From contig OZ024743.1 in the NCBI GenBank assembly GCA_964016885.1, positions 34,844,001 to 34,908,000 on the forward strand: DNA of 64,000 nt. The letters are read 5' to 3'. Position 1 is the first letter of the stretch. Each line of letters starts with the position of its first letter. Position numbers and translations under genes: made by a program. Under the pieces are notes generated by a model that had not been told where the DNA came from, did not search any database, and saw nothing but the letters and a program-made list of their open reading frames with translations. The stretch comes from Eledone cirrhosa. Taxonomy: Eukaryota. Positions 62,544 through 64,000 of the stretch are shown here, piece after piece.

Positions 62544-63769
62544 TCCATTCTGGCAAGCAGAATGTAACTGCTATTGCCCCCTCCCCTCTAGTGTCACTTT
62601 TACCATGCTCTCATCCCCCCCCCCCCCCAATTCCCATCACTGCCTGGCTGAAGATACAATAGCCCTAGTGCTGGCACCACAATAAATTGCACCCAGCCTA
62701 TGCTGTAAAGTGGTAGTGTTGATGTCACAATAAAATACATTCAGTACACATGGTTAGCGTTAGAAAGGGCATTAAGCTGTAGAAACCATGCCAAAATGAA
62801 AGATATAGGTATATTATCTGACTTGTCAAATGTCAGAACATGACAACCTGTCTAAACCCATGTCTGCATGGAAAAAGGATATAAAACAGAGGTTCACTTT
62901 CTATGCTAGCATAAGTTGGATAGGTTATCATGGTCATAGTTCTTCTTTAGAATTACTGCCTTTCTAGATACCTTGCTCATTTCAAGCATTTCATAATAAT
63001 AACGGTTTCTAATTTAGACAATAAGACAGAAGTTTGGGCTGTGAAGATAAGTTGATTACATCAAACTCAGTCTTGACTAGCACTTTATTTTATGGACTCA
63101 GTAAAGATGAAATGCAAAGTTCATTTCGGGAGAATTTAATGTTTAGTTAGGATAAATGGTTGAATGGAAAAAAATAGGATTCAGTTGTTGTTGCTGTTTA
63201 GCCCAAGGTCAATCCTGGTTGAGTAGAAATATTATCAGAGGCATTCCAGCCATGCCTGTCCTGTCATTTTCCTTTGTGCAAATAACCAAGAACCACATTA
63301 TCCAACGTGTCCTGATAGATATGATTTAAGGAAGATTTAATTGTTATTTCTAGCAGAAAGGAGTGGAGACTCTCTCGTTGGTCCGAAATAATTCAATTCA
63401 TATGGAAAGGAAAATGGAATAGCAATAGGCTTAGGATAGCTTAAAGATATAGAACAGACCAAGGACTGCTCAAATAGTTATGACACAGGGGGAATTTGTA
63501 ACGTAGACTTGTCCAGTACATGCTATCAAGGTAAACAAATGGTTTGACGGTGTGACGATGGTGAGTTATTGGGGTTGCAGTTATAATTTTCTTTGGTGCA
63601 GCAGTCCGTATTTGCAGACACTTTTTCCGATACGATAGTTCCCTGTGTTAACAACGGCTTATATTCCTTTCACACATTAATTATACAAAAACCTCTGATT
63701 TAGATAGCTTTATTTGATGCCCCAGTCTTTGCACGTGTTTGTCTATCCAGGCATCGCACAATTAGTTAC

Positions 63770-63835
63770 CATATCTTCGGAGAATTAAAAAACAAAATCC
63801 AAACGGAGAAAAAAAAAACGATATGGATGGAGACA
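63770..63835 (-). CDS. drosha: Candidate first coding exon of drosha contributing only ATG (rest is 5' UTR; upstream boundary uncertain)
   Basis: Minus strand reads CCGAAGAT-ATG|GTAACT. A phase-0 donor fits the phase-0 acceptor at 61486, whose frame has no Met for its first 93 codons. Confidence 0.4.
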
Positions 63836-64000
63836 CTGATAGACCACAAAACAATATTGAGAAAGCTTTGATTTTTTAGTTACTTTATTGCCGAGGTAAC
63901 ATAAGCAACTAGTAGTTGCTATCCTGTTGCATTAGTTGAAATCATGATTTAGTGTGTGCAGCGGGTTTTACATAGAAATGGAATTGGATAGCGTAAATAT

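Overview
AT-rich, repeat-dense eukaryotic (animal) genomic DNA. The repeat repertoire suggests an octopus or other cephalopod, but that is an inference. Almost the whole window is one minus-strand gene, drosha (Microprocessor RNase III). I traced 27 coding exons by hand, from 61486 down to the TGA at 3244-3246, all with GT-AG introns and consistent phases (4392 nt, about 1463 aa). A candidate upstream exon ending in ATG lies at about 63770 and an AATAAA signal at 2951-2956. The Pro-rich and RS/RD-rich N-terminus, central domain, both RNase III domains and the dsRBD are intact. The introns hold an 11.9-kb 42-bp satellite, a 5.6-kb 25-bp satellite, 21-bp and 33-bp minisatellites, CR1-type and RTE LINE copies, several SINE families and TTAA-flanked MITEs. 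Most notable observations: (i) Penelope-type minimal hammerhead ribozyme motifs in drosha introns (one well-formed antisense, one sense with a damaged stem I, one relic); (ii) the giant satellite appears to be an amplified piece of the RTE/SINE 3' tail, with a palindrome plus G-tracts in every unit; (iii) both giant arrays lack AG on the transcribed strand; (iv) inverted near-identical TE pairs could form long dsRNA in the transcript of a dsRNA-processing enzyme. The multi-thousand-residue ORFs in the supplied track are repeat artefacts.
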